The notes beneath the pieces are model-generated. The model did no database searches. It was not told where the DNA came from and was given only the letters and a program-made list of their open reading frames with translations. Source: Christensenellales bacterium (GTDB taxonomy: Bacteria; Bacillota; Clostridia; Christensenellales; CALWSW01). From it: a stretch of 64,000 nucleotides of DNA. Shown here piece after piece: positions 54,691 through 64,000 of the stretch. The stretch is taken from NCBI GenBank assembly GCA_050945915.1, contig JBMNTV010000001.1, positions 6,115-70,114 on the forward strand, in the 5' to 3' direction. The position numbers and the translations under genes are program-made. The stretch's first letter is position 1. Every line of letters starts with the position of its first letter.

Positions 54691-55194
54691 TTAATTGGCT
54701 CCGCAGCACTTTTTGAACTTCTTGCCGCTGCCGCAGGGGCAGGGATCGTTGCGCCCCGCGGTCTTTTCCGAAACGTAGATGTTGGCGGCGCGGTACTCCT
54801 TGGTGATCTCCTTGCGCTCCTCAGGCGTGAGGATATCCTCCCACATGGGCAGGGTATAAAGCCATTCCGCCTTGGCCGCGAGCATGTTGTAATAGAGTTT
54901 TTTCATGTCCACGGTCAGGTCGATGTCCGAATCCTCGGTCAGCGCTTCGAGGTCGTATTCCCCGGCGGCGAGGGAGGTGTTGATGCCGTCGATAAAGCCG
55001 CAGAAGATCTCCTTTTCCATGCCGAATTCCGCGGCAAGCTCGGAGAATTTGCCCTTATAGGGTTCCGTGGGCCTGGAAAGTATCTTTTCATAGCCGGCTT
55101 TTTCGATATCGAAATACGCGGTCCAGAGCTGCGCGTGTTCGGCGTCGTTTCGCGGGCTTTGGGCAAAGTTGATCCAATCGGAATAGATGCTCAT
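54691..55194 (-). CDS. SEC-C metal-binding motif protein
   Basis: 167 aa ending [28 protein letters not shown]. Confidence 0.8.
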   Translation of the reverse strand: MSIYSDWINFAQSPRNDAEHAQLWTAYFDIEKAGYEKILSRPTEPYKGKFSELAAEFGMEKEIFCGFIDGINTSLAAGEYDLEALTEDSDIDLTVDMKKLYYNMLAAKAEWLYTLPMWEDILTPEERKEITKEYRAANIYVSEKTAGRNDPCPCGSGKKFKKCCGAN

Positions 55195-55218
55195 TGGTGC
55201 GTTCCTCCTATCGACGGC

Positions 55219-56427
55219 TCAGAGCGCCGCCTCCAAATTTTTCCTGATTTCATAAATAAAGGCTTCGGTGTCCACAGCGGTGACATCCACGCCTTCGGCC
55301 AAAGCCACCAGATCTTTGGTCATCACGCCTTTTTCGATGGTAGCGATGGCGGCATCCTCCAGCTTTTGGGCAAAGGCGAAAAGGTCGCCCAATTCGTCCA
55401 GTTCCGCGCGCTTTTTGAGGGCGCCGGTCCAGGCAAACAGCGTCGCCACGCAGTTGGTGGAGGTTTTCTCGCCTTTTTGGTGGCGGTAATAGTGCCGGGT
55501 GACGGTGCCGTGGGCCGCTTCGAACTCATAGCAGCCATCCGGCGAGACGAGGACGCTGGTCATCATCGCCAGGGAACCGTAAGCCGTCGCTACCATGTCG
55601 CTCATCACGTCGCCGTCGTAATTCTTCAACGCCCAAACAAAGCCGCCCTCTGACCGGATGACCCTGGCCACGGCGTCGTCGATCAGGGTGTAAAAATACG
55701 AAATACCGGCCTTTTCGAAGGCTTCCTGGAACTCCTCTTCGTAAATCCGGGCAAAGACGTCCTTGAACGTATGGTCATAGATCTTGGAGATCGTGTCCTT
55801 GGTGGAGAACCACAGGTCCTGCTTGACGCTCAAGGCGTAGCCGAAGCAGGCGCGGGCAAAGCTCTCGATGGAACCGTCCAGATTGTGCTGACCGAGGAGG
55901 ATTCCAGGGCCGGTGAAGGCATGGACTTCCTGCTCTTCCCGCGTGCCGTCCGTCCCTTCGAAGACGAGCGTCGCCCTTCCCGATCCTTTCGCGCGGTATT
56001 CCACAGCTTTATAAACATCGCCATAGGCATGGCGGGCGATGGTGATGGGCTTTTTCCAGTTCTTCACCACGGGACGGATGCAGTTCACCAGCACCGGCGC
56101 GCGGAACACCGTTCCGTCCAGAATGGCGCGGATGGTGGCGTTGGGGCTTTTCCACATTTTTTTCAGCCCGTATTCCTCTACCCGCTGGGCGTTGGGGGTG
56201 ATGGTGGCGCATTTCACGCCCACACCCAGGCGCTTGATGGCGTTGGCGGCATCGACGGTGACGCTGTCCTCCGTCTCGTCCCGGTGTTTGAGTCCGAGGT
56301 CATAATACTCCGTTTTGAGGTCCACAAACGGGCGTATCAGCTCGTCCTTGATGGCGGCCCAGATGACGCGGGTCATCTCGTCGCCGTCCATCTCCACCAA
56401 GGGGGTCTTCATAGGTATTTTCGTCAT
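55219..56427 (-). CDS. icd: NADP-dependent isocitrate dehydrogenase (eukaryote-like homodimeric type)
   Basis: MTKIPMKTPLVEMDGDEMTRVIW...VKCATITPN...NYDGDVMSD, read directly. Confidence 0.94.
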   Translation of the reverse strand: MTKIPMKTPLVEMDGDEMTRVIWAAIKDELIRPFVDLKTEYYDLGLKHRDETEDSVTVDAANAIKRLGVGVKCATITPNAQRVEEYGLKKMWKSPNATIRAILDGTVFRAPVLVNCIRPVVKNWKKPITIARHAYGDVYKAVEYRAKGSGRATLVFEGTDGTREEQEVHAFTGPGILLGQHNLDGSIESFARACFGYALSVKQDLWFSTKDTISKIYDHTFKDVFARIYEEEFQEAFEKAGISYFYTLIDDAVARVIRSEGGFVWALKNYDGDVMSDMVATAYGSLAMMTSVLVSPDGCYEFEAAHGTVTRHYYRHQKGEKTSTNCVATLFAWTGALKKRAELDELGDLFAFAQKLEDAAIATIEKGVMTKDLVALAEGVDVTAVDTEAFIYEIRKNLEAAL

Positions 56428-56445
56428 GTTTCCTCCGGATAGACT

Positions 56446-57951
56446 TTATTCTTGATCCGAGAAGATCAGCTCTTTTCTGGCTTCCCGGCGTTCATCAAGG
56501 GTGTTGAAGTACGTTCTGAGGTCCTTGGGATTGGCCACGCGCTTAATCAGTTCGCCGCCCTTTAGAATCCACTTGGTAATCCCCCCCGCCCCCAGGGCAA
56601 GGATGCTGGTCTGCTCCTCCATGATATCGATATTGTAGATGGAGGCGAAGCCCGGCAGGGTATACCCCACGTTTTCCAGATTGCCGCGCATGAACTTCTG
56701 GCGATACATATAGTACGGCCGCATGCCCATCGCATTGGCCGCCCCCTGGGCGACGGCGAGCATCCTTGCCGCTTCTTCGGCGGCGGGAAGCTCGGTGCTT
56801 TCCAGCTGCTCTTTCAGCTTGGAGGAGCGCTTGATGGCCAAGGTGTGCACAGTCAGGTTTTCCGGCTTGAGTCGGGCGATGCCCTCCATGGTCTTTTCCA
56901 CGTTTTTCGCGGTTTCACCGGGAAGACCGATGATGGTGTCCATGTTGATGCAGGGGAAGCCCGCCTTCTTCGCCAGTTCGAAGGCGTTTTCCACATCCTT
57001 CGCGCTGTGGGCGCGGCCCACCCGCATGAGAGTCTCGTCGTCCATGGTCTGGGGGTTGATGCTGACTCTGTCCACCCCCAGGGACCGAAGCATGCGCAGT
57101 TTTTCTTGGGTAATCGTGTCCGGCCTGCCCGCTTCCACGGTGAATTCCAGAAAGTCGCCGCGAGACGCTTTCAGCGCCGCTTTTGCCACTCGATGAAGCT
57201 GGTCCGTACTGAGGGCGGTGGGGGTGCCGCCGCCGATGTACAGGCTCCTGGGCTTGTACCCCGCCGATAACGCGAGGGGAATATTCTCTTGAATCTCTTT
57301 GCATAGGGCGACGACGTACTCCTCGATGTTCGCCGCCGTAGCGCAGCCCTTGCCAACTTCGTAAGCCGCGAAGGAGCAGTAGCTGCACCGGGTCCTGCAA
57401 AAGGGGATGCCGATATAAATGTCAAAGACCTTATCATGGGGAGAAGCCAGAATCCCCCGCTGCTCTTCCAGGATGGTGAGGGCCAGGGCGATTTTTTCCT
57501 CGGAAACGTCGAACCGTTCCCGAAGCTGTACGGCAGGGTCCTCCCCCGCAGATTCGAACTCCCGGGCCAGGCGGGTGGGGCGGATGCCGGTCAGGCTGCC
57601 CCAGGGGGGCTTTGTGCCCGTCAGCTCCTTCAACACGCGATAAAGGGCGCTTTTCATGGCCCGCTTTTCGTATTTTTTGACCGTCAGGGCGCTTCTTCCG
57701 TGTTTTTCCAGGTCGCTATGCAAATAGGGGTCGTCGTACCGCGCTGCCCTGCCATTTTGCCTTCCTTCGGCAATGACCTTGCCGCCGTTTGTGTCGCAGC
57801 GCAGCAAAAGGTCTTCTTCGCTGACCGATTGGCCCGCTTCGATGGCGCCGATTTCCGCCATTCCGAAAAAAACGCGGATGACTTCGCACAGCTCGTTTCG
57901 ATACGCTTCCCGGTCTGTGGAAAGATAAATCAAATCACACTCTCCGAACAA
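56446..57951 (-). CDS. Radical SAM HemN/HemZ-family coproporphyrinogen dehydrogenase-like protein
   Basis: 501 aa. CxxxCxxC motif FCRTRCSYCSF. HemZ-like N-terminal extension. TTG 57951 versus TTG 57933 as the start is unresolved. Confidence 0.83.
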   Translation of the reverse strand: MFGECDLIYLSTDREAYRNELCEVIRVFFGMAEIGAIEAGQSVSEEDLLLRCDTNGGKVIAEGRQNGRAARYDDPYLHSDLEKHGRSALTVKKYEKRAMKSALYRVLKELTGTKPPWGSLTGIRPTRLAREFESAGEDPAVQLRERFDVSEEKIALALTILEEQRGILASPHDKVFDIYIGIPFCRTRCSYCSFAAYEVGKGCATAANIEEYVVALCKEIQENIPLALSAGYKPRSLYIGGGTPTALSTDQLHRVAKAALKASRGDFLEFTVEAGRPDTITQEKLRMLRSLGVDRVSINPQTMDDETLMRVGRAHSAKDVENAFELAKKAGFPCINMDTIIGLPGETAKNVEKTMEGIARLKPENLTVHTLAIKRSSKLKEQLESTELPAAEEAARMLAVAQGAANAMGMRPYYMYRQKFMRGNLENVGYTLPGFASIYNIDIMEEQTSILALGAGGITKWILKGGELIKRVANPKDLRTYFNTLDERREARKELIFSDQE

Positions 57952-58564
57952 ATGGATTATTTCTCATTTCGTCGCCGATAACGGTGGATTCGCCGTGGCC
58001 GGGAAACACCGTCGTATCTATTGGCAGCTCGTAGAGCCTCATCACCGTGGAAAACAGCGGATCCTGATCCCCGCCGGGAAGGTCGGTGCGCCCGATACCC
58101 CGGCGAAACAGCGAATCGCCGGAAAACAGCGCGTTGCCCAGGGAATAGCTCACCCCGCCCGGCGTATGCCCCGGGCAGCCGATCACCCGAAATTCCATAC
58201 CGGCGACTGTCAACGCGTCCCCATCCTGAAGGGTTTTGTCCGCCGGAGGGGCTACGATGGCCTTCCCCAGCAAAAAGCTGCCATTTTTGAAGGGATCGGT
58301 CAGCATGTCGCCATCCCCTTCCCCGATATACACCGGGCAGGCAAACGCCTTTTTCAGCCCCTCGATGCCGGAAATATGGTCAAAATGCCCGTGGGTCAAT
58401 AAAATCGCCGCGCAGCCCAGATTTCTTTGCCCGAGGGCGTCGATCACCGCATCGGCGTCCGCCGGGTCGATGACCACAGCTTTAGACCCGCCTTCTCGAT
58501 ACACGAGATAGGAACTGGTGTCGATCTCGCCGCAGACCAGGCGGCAAATCTTGGTTTCATTCAT
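57935..58564 (-). CDS. MBL-fold metallo-hydrolase (glyoxalase II-like)
   Basis: LLTHGHFDHISG motif. 209 aa. Confidence 0.87.
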   Translation of the reverse strand: MNETKICRLVCGEIDTSSYLVYREGGSKAVVIDPADADAVIDALGQRNLGCAAILLTHGHFDHISGIEGLKKAFACPVYIGEGDGDMLTDPFKNGSFLLGKAIVAPPADKTLQDGDALTVAGMEFRVIGCPGHTPGGVSYSLGNALFSGDSLFRRGIGRTDLPGGDQDPLFSTVMRLYELPIDTTVFPGHGESTVIGDEMRNNPFVRRV

Positions 58565-58582
58565 TGCATCATCCCCAAAAAT

Positions 58583-59032
58583 TCAAAAAACCCTTCGGCT
58601 GTCCAGCAGGATGGTGACCGGCCCGTCGTTGACCAGCTCCACCTCCATATGGGTGCGGAAAACGCCGGTTTCTACGGCAATCCCCAGGCTCTCCAGACCT
58701 TGTTTCACAACCTGATACAGCTCGTCCGCCCGCTCGGGGCGCTCGGCGGCGATAAAGCTCGGCCTTCTGCCTTTTCTCGCGTCCCCCAGCAATGTAAACT
58801 GGGAAACCAGCAGCACGCTGCCGCCGGTCTCCAAAAGGGAGAGGTTCATCTTCCGCTCTCCATCCTCAAAAACGCGAAGATGCGCGATCTTTTCGGCGAT
58901 GTACTTCGCGTCCGTTACGCCGTCTTCCCGCTCGACGCCAAGAAGCACGACAAACCCCGGCCCGATCTGGCCGGACACCACGCCTTCCGAGCGCACAGCC
59001 GCCCGGGATACCCTTTGGATAACAGCTCTCAT
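58583..59032 (-). CDS. dtd: D-aminoacyl-tRNA deacylase
   Basis: MRAVIQRV...[18 protein letters not shown]...NDGPVT. 149 aa. Confidence 0.95.
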   Translation of the reverse strand: MRAVIQRVSRAAVRSEGVVSGQIGPGFVVLLGVEREDGVTDAKYIAEKIAHLRVFEDGERKMNLSLLETGGSVLLVSQFTLLGDARKGRRPSFIAAERPERADELYQVVKQGLESLGIAVETGVFRTHMEVELVNDGPVTILLDSRRVF

Positions 59033-61543
59033 CTATCCTTTAATCCTGTAAACGTCCGTTACGCCGCGCACCCGCTTCAGCTGCTTGATGACGAACTGAA
59101 GCTGATCCGTATCGTGGACGTCGAATTCCATCGTAATGTTTGCGGTCATGTTCTTATCCGTCTTGGCGGAAAAGCGGGCAATGCTCATATTCATTCCCAT
59201 AAAAATCTGGGAAATATCCATCACAAGGCCCACCCGCTCGTGGGCGACGAGCTGGATCTGGGCGGCAAAACCGCCGCCCTTGGCGTTTTCCGCCCATTCG
59301 ACCTTGATCCATCGGGCGTCGTTTTCGCTCATGTTCATCAGGTTTTTGCAGTCCGACCTGTGAACCGAAACGCCCCTGCCCCTGGTGACGTAGCCCACGA
59401 TCTCGTCCCCCGGAACGGGGGTGCAGCACTTGGCGATATGGACGACCATGTCTTCATATCCGTCCACGATGACGCCGTTGGAGCTGCCTTTGCGCTTTTT
59501 TTGCTGCTTGGTGGTCAGCTTTTCGATCAGGGCGGAATCCGCGGGCTCCTGGTCCTCCTGCTGCTTTTTGAATTCCTCGATGAGCTTGGGCAACACCTGG
59601 TTGACCGCAAGGCTTCCGTAACCCACAGAGGCGTAAAGCTCCTCCGCCGAGGCGATGGACATGCGCCTCAAAAGCCCGGTAATCGCCTCCGGCTTCATGA
59701 GCTGGACAAGGGAATAGCCCTGGCGCTTTGCTTCCGCGGCCAGCATATCCCTGCCGCGCTCGATGTTTTCCTCCTTGCGCTCCTTTTTGAAAAAGGAGCG
59801 GATCTTGCTCTTGGCCTGCTGGGTTTTGACGATGTTCAGCCAGTCCCTGCTCGGCCCCACCAGGGAGGAGGAGGTGATGATCTCGACGATATCGCCCATC
59901 TGGAGCGTATAGTCCAAGGTGACGATCCTGCCGTTTACCTTCGCGCCGATGCATCTGTGCCCGACTTCGGAGTGGATTCTGTACGCAAAGTCGATGGGCG
60001 TCGCGCCTGTGGGAAGGTCGATGATCTCCCCCTTGGGGGTGAAGACGAACACATAGTCGCTGAAGAAATCGAACTTCAGCATGCGCATGAATTCGTCCGA
60101 ATCCTCAACCCGCTCCTCCATGATCTGGCGCACCCAGTCCATCACGACATCCAGGTCCGAAGACTCCTGACGCCCTTCCTTATAGCGCCAGTGGGCGGCG
60201 ATGCCGAACTCCGCCTGCTTGTGCATCTCCGTCGTGCGGATCTGCACTTCGAAGGGGACGCCGTTTTCGCCCATCAGCGTGGTGTGAAGGGATTTGTAAC
60301 CGTTGGGCTTGGGCGTCGAGATATAATCCTTGATGCGAAACGGGAGCGGCCGCCACATGCTGTGCACAAGGCCCAGCACGGTGTAGCATTCCTCCACAGT
60401 ATTGACGATCACCCGGATGGCGATGAGGTCGTAAACCTCCTCAAAGGTGATGTTCTGCTTCTGCATCTTGCGATAGACGCTGTAAAGATGCTTCGGCCTG
60501 CCGTTTAAGGTGGCATCGATCCCGTTTTCTTTGAGTTTTTCGCGGATGGCGTTCATGCTTTCATTGAGATAGGCGGAACGCTCCACCTGCATGCGCCGGA
60601 CGCGCTCCCGCAGGCTTTTAAACTCCTGCGGGTTAATATGCATGAAGGCCAGATCCTCCAGCTCGCTCTTCATCTGGCCCATCCCCAGGCGATGCGCCAG
60701 GGGGGCATAAATTTCCAGAGTTTCCTTTGCCTTGCGCACGCGCTTTTTGCTCAGGCAGTACTCGAGGGTGCGCATGTTGTGCAGCCGGTCCGCCAGCTTG
60801 ATGGGAATCACGCGCATGTCCTTGGCCATGGCAAGGAACATCTTGCGCACGTTTTCCGCCTGCTGCTGCTCCCTGGTGACGTGCCCCAGGCTGACTTTGG
60901 TCAGCTTGGTCACGCCGTCCACCAATGCGGCGATGGCAGGGCCGAACTTTTCGGCCACCATGGAAAGATGGATCGCTTCGTTGTCCTCCACCGAGTCATG
61001 CAGCAGCCCGGTGATGGCGGACTCCTCGTCCATGCCCATTTCGATGATCATCCCCGAAACGGCCAGAGGATGCACGATGTACGGCTCCCCCGAATCCCGG
61101 AACTGGGCCTTGTGGGCTTCTTTCGCAAACTCGATGGCCGCGGCGAAACGTTCCTTGTCCCCTTCCGGATAGGCTTCCGCGAACCGGTTCATCAACGCCA
61201 GCTCGTTCCGGTGAACGTCCACCGCGTCAAGAAGGATCTTGGCGCGCAGCTCGGTCAGCTCCTGCCCGGCGCTGTCGGGGTAATGCAGCTCTTCCGGGGA
61301 TTTGGTGAGCAGCTCGTAGACCATTGCGGGGGAAATCTCGTCGGGATCGGGGATGCTGCGGGCGTGCTCGCCGTCCAACGCGCGCAAAAAAGCCTCCAGC
61401 GACTTCAAAGCTGCGGTGGCGCATTCGAAAAAGTCCGTCCGCATCGGCGCATCACAACAAGCCTCAGTCCGTTCGGACTGAAGCATCACCAGCAGCGATT
61501 TTCTTACGCCTTCGGCTATGTTGCGAATGTCGGTCTGGGGCAT
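59033..61543 (-). CDS. relA: Bifunctional (p)ppGpp synthetase/hydrolase Rel, with an N-terminal extension of about 100 aa
   Basis: HD hydrolase (SGEPYIVHPLAV...LLHDSVEDN), synthetase (YKSLHTTL), TGS and ACT regions. The ATG at 61543 has RBS GAGGT in AT-rich context. Confidence 0.93.
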   Translation of the reverse strand: MPQTDIRNIAEGVRKSLLVMLQSERTEACCDAPMRTDFFECATAALKSLEAFLRALDGEHARSIPDPDEISPAMVYELLTKSPEELHYPDSAGQELTELRAKILLDAVDVHRNELALMNRFAEAYPEGDKERFAAAIEFAKEAHKAQFRDSGEPYIVHPLAVSGMIIEMGMDEESAITGLLHDSVEDNEAIHLSMVAEKFGPAIAALVDGVTKLTKVSLGHVTREQQQAENVRKMFLAMAKDMRVIPIKLADRLHNMRTLEYCLSKKRVRKAKETLEIYAPLAHRLGMGQMKSELEDLAFMHINPQEFKSLRERVRRMQVERSAYLNESMNAIREKLKENGIDATLNGRPKHLYSVYRKMQKQNITFEEVYDLIAIRVIVNTVEECYTVLGLVHSMWRPLPFRIKDYISTPKPNGYKSLHTTLMGENGVPFEVQIRTTEMHKQAEFGIAAHWRYKEGRQESSDLDVVMDWVRQIMEERVEDSDEFMRMLKFDFFSDYVFVFTPKGEIIDLPTGATPIDFAYRIHSEVGHRCIGAKVNGRIVTLDYTLQMGDIVEIITSSSLVGPSRDWLNIVKTQQAKSKIRSFFKKERKEENIERGRDMLAAEAKRQGYSLVQLMKPEAITGLLRRMSIASAEELYASVGYGSLAVNQVLPKLIEEFKKQQEDQEPADSALIEKLTTKQQKKRKGSSNGVIVDGYEDMVVHIAKCCTPVPGDEIVGYVTRGRGVSVHRSDCKNLMNMSENDARWIKVEWAENAKGGGFAAQIQLVAHERVGLVMDISQIFMGMNMSIARFSAKTDKNMTANITMEFDVHDTDQLQFVIKQLKRVRGVTDVYRIKG

Positions 61544-61626
61544 GTTTACCTCATTTTTAAATTAAGGTAAAAGGAGTTCTTGCTCCCTTTACCTTATGAA
61601 TGATGGGCGGTATTCGCCCAATAGAT

Positions 61627-62139
61627 TCAGTACTGCACAAGGGAACGGACGTCATAACCCTTCAGGGTCTCCCTCCCCTTCAGGTCGGTGAGCTCGATCA
61701 TGAAGCGCATGGCGACAACTTCCCCGCCCATGGACTCCACCAGTTTCGCGACGGCATGCGCGGTTCCTCCGGTGGCGAGAAGATCGTCCGCAATGACGAC
61801 CTTGCTGCCTTTTTGGATTGCGTCCTTGTGAATCTCCAACGCATCCGTGCCGTATTCCAGGGCGTACTCATACCTGGAAACCGCCGCGGGCAATTTGCCC
61901 GGCTTCCTCGCCGGAACAAAGCTGAGCCCGGCGGCATAGGCCACCGGCGCGCAAACGATAAATCCCCGCGCCTCCGGCCCCACCACCGTATCCGCCCCCA
62001 GGTCCTCGATGCTTTCGACGATTTCGTCGATGGCCTGGCGATAGGCGTCGGGGTTTTTCAAAAGCGTGGTAATGTCTTTAAACTGAATTCCCGGGACGGG
62101 AAAACCCGGTATGTTGCGGATAACGCTCTTCAGGTCCAT
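61627..62139 (-). CDS. apt: Adenine phosphoribosyltransferase
   Basis: 170 aa. PRPP motif [14 protein letters not shown]. Confidence 0.95.
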   Translation of the reverse strand: MDLKSVIRNIPGFPVPGIQFKDITTLLKNPDAYRQAIDEIVESIEDLGADTVVGPEARGFIVCAPVAYAAGLSFVPARKPGKLPAAVSRYEYALEYGTDALEIHKDAIQKGSKVVIADDLLATGGTAHAVAKLVESMGGEVVAMRFMIELTDLKGRETLKGYDVRSLVQY

Positions 62140-62166
62140 GGAATCCCTTTCTCGGCAATGCCGGTT

Positions 62167-64000
62167 TCACTGCATTCCGCGGTTGACCGCCGCAAAAGTC
62201 GGGCTTTCGCTGAGCAGTCTTCGTATGGAGTCCTTTACGGCAGTAACCCGAAAGGCCCCGACATTTTCGGAACGGAAGAATCCCAGCTCCGAAAAAACAT
62301 GTAATCCGAAAATCAGATGCTCCATCGGCGAAGAACAGAGCTTTTTCAGCTCCTCCAGGTACGCGGTGCGGCTCAAAAACACCGTCTTTGCCACCGCCAG
62401 CCTGTTCATCGCTTCATAGACCGGGATCAACTCATCCCGCCCGACCTTGGCCTGTTCGGAAAAAGCCCGAAGGCTCATGCCGGCGGTGATGACCTCCTCG
62501 TCCGCGCCAAAAGCCAGCGCGACGCAAAGGGGCGCGGGCAGCTTTTCCATGAAAAGCACCTTCCGAAACCCTTCCAGCGGAAGCGGCATCGGCGCCATGA
62601 TCACGGCGTTGTGGGCGCGCTCATCCAGCGTTTCGCCAAAGAGCACATCCAGCTTGTCGGCAATCCCGCGTTCGCGCATGCTGGACAAAAAGTCCTTTGC
62701 CCCTTGCGGCGTCACGCAGACCGCCGCGGCTCCCTGGGGCGAATCCTCCACCCATTTTGCGAAGCGTTCGGCCCAGTCCGATCTTTCCTCGATACATAAC
62801 GCGGCAGAACCCTCGGGTTTCCGACAATCACTATTATAGCGGGCGAGCGCGAAAAATGCATCATGAAATTTGTATTCGCAGTTTTTAATGTAACCATCCG
62901 TGTCCACAGGCAACATCGCGCGGATATTTCTGATCACCAACTGCTCTTTTTTTACGCCGCGGAAATCGTTGATCTCCAGCGAGCATAAAAGCTCGGCTTT
63001 GATATCCGTCAGGGCTTCCTGCTTGTCGCCCATACCAAAGGCGACGCAGCCCAAAACGTCCCTCCCCCTGGAAAGGGTAAAGCGCAAATGCCGATTCTCG
63101 TTGCCCATGGTGACCGGGTTTCTTGGCGAAACCCCCGCCACCCGGAAGATCGGCGCGGGATTCCCGGTCCCAAAGGGCGCCATGCGCTTGATTGCCTCTG
63201 CAAGCTTTAGCGAAAGGCGCTCCGGCGGCAGGGTCATATCGTAGTTTGCCCTGGGGACAAACGCGTCCTTCGGGGCGGTCTTTTTCAGGTGCTCTATGAA
63301 CCTTTGGCAAAACTCCTGCATCTTCGACTGCTCGATGGTCAGCCCCGCTGCCATCTCGTGGCCGCCGAAGCGGATGAAAAGGTCGCTCATGGCATTGAGG
63401 GAGTCAAACAGATGCACGCCCTTGACCGACCTGCCGGAGCCGACGCAAAGGCCGTCCTCGCAGGTAAACAGCAACACCGGTCGGGTATATCGCTCCACCA
63501 GCCTGGAAGCCACGATGCCGATCACCCCGTGGTTCCAGCCTTCGCCCACCAGGATGATGGCGGGATCCCGGACGATGTCCGCCTCTCCCCGGGCGATGCG
63601 GTCCATGGCGTCTTTGAAGATCTCCCCTTCGATGGCCTGCCTGCGGCGGTTCTCATTGTCCAGTTCCGCCGCGAGTTTTTGGGCTTTTTTTTCGTCGTCC
63701 GTCAGGAAAAGGGAAAGGGCGGTTTCGGCGGTGCCCGTCCTTCCGGCGGCGTTGATGCGCGGCGCAATGGCGAAGCTGACCGCCCCGGCTTCCACCGTTC
63801 TGCCCAAATAGCCGCTGACTTCGATCATCGCCTTGATTCCGGCAAGGCAGTTACCGCTGTTGATCGCCTTCAGCCCTTTGGCGACGATCGCCCGGTTTTC
63901 GCCGGTCAAAGGCACGATGTCCGCCAAAGTCGCCAAACAGGCGCAATCGATGTATTGTTTCGCTTCGGTCAGCCCCCCCATGGCCTGAACGAACTTGAAG
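62167..64000 (-). CDS. recJ: Single-stranded-DNA-specific exonuclease RecJ, C-terminal part (gene runs off window end)
   Basis: GGHEMAAGLTIE motif. The frame stays open from 63981 to 64000 (…FKFVQAMGGL…). recJ-apt-rel-dtd synteny matches Bacillus and Clostridium. Confidence 0.9.
   Translation of the reverse strand, partial: FKFVQAMGGLTEAKQYIDCACLATLADIVPLTGENRAIVAKGLKAINSGNCLAGIKAMIEVSGYLGRTVEAGAVSFAIAPRINAAGRTGTAETALSLFLTDDEKKAQKLAAELDNENRRRQAIEGEIFKDAMDRIARGEADIVRDPAIILVGEGWNHGVIGIVASRLVERYTRPVLLFTCEDGLCVGSGRSVKGVHLFDSLNAMSDLFIRFGGHEMAAGLTIEQSKMQEFCQRFIEHLKKTAPKDAFVPRANYDMTLPPERLSLKLAEAIKRMAPFGTGNPAPIFRVAGVSPRNPVTMGNENRHLRFTLSRGRDVLGCVAFGMGDKQEALTDIKAELLCSLEINDFRGVKKEQLVIRNIRAMLPVDTDGYIKNCEYKFHDAFFALARYNSDCRKPEGSAALCIEERSDWAERFAKWVEDSPQGAAAVCVTPQGAKDFLSSMRERGIADKLDVLFGETLDERAHNAVIMAPMPLPLEGFRKVLFMEKLPAPLCVALAFGADEEVITAGMSLRAFSEQAKVGRDELIPVYEAMNRLAVAKTVFLSRTAYLEELKKLCSSPMEHLIFGLHVFSELGFFRSENVGAFRVTAVKDSIRRLLSESPTFAAVNRGMQ

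Noticed and set aside
1-64000. CRISPR arrays, transposases/IS elements, integrases, prophage blocks, rRNA, retron/DGR reverse transcriptases
   Set aside because: I looked for regularly spaced repeats and for hallmark protein motifs on both strands and found none. The only repeats seen are the short regulatory-scale ones listed above.

Overview
This is a GC-rich chromosomal segment that reads like a spore-forming anaerobic Firmicute (Clostridia). The pointers are a gerA-family germinant-receptor operon, spoIIID, Rnf complex genes and many lipoprotein lipoboxes. I can support about 62 protein genes, one tRNA-Leu(CAA), one frameshifted chemoreceptor, a probable M-box-like Mg2+ leader, and a set of intrinsic terminators, promoters and operator-like repeats. 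Left to right the window holds: rnfD (partial) and rnfC; a glycine-betaine-type ABC importer; two ferredoxin genes plus a Crp/Fnr regulator; a gerA-C-B operon with a small fourth membrane ORF; mgtA; a divergent zinc-uptake locus with a Fur-family regulator; a MerR regulator plus an exported flavin reductase; a papain-like peptidase fused to SH3; TVP38 and a small coupled ORF; an APC permease; cheR and a broken MCP; msrAB; DUF3793; a DUF1858/DUF438 pair; GDPD and MFS genes; an AT-richer GNAT-like gene beside tRNA-Leu; tspO; spoIIID; an HD/bPH/CpXC cluster; lepB; mscS; mnmE; an AT-richer HEPN-like singleton; yitT; an SBP-less ABC importer; an XRE-TPR regulator coupled to a two-gene ABC exporter; icd; and the conserved hemZ-like/MBL/dtd/rel/apt/recJ block. 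I saw no CRISPR array, transposase, integrase, rRNA or prophage block. I did not find a clear multi-gene novel system. The best candidates are the MerR-reductase module with its structured leader, the two AT-rich single-gene islets, the 1.07-kb non-coding gap, the XRE-TPR/ABC module and the CpXC-bPH cluster. They are ranked under findings. Every call rests on by-eye motif recognition and hand translation; no database search or computation was run.
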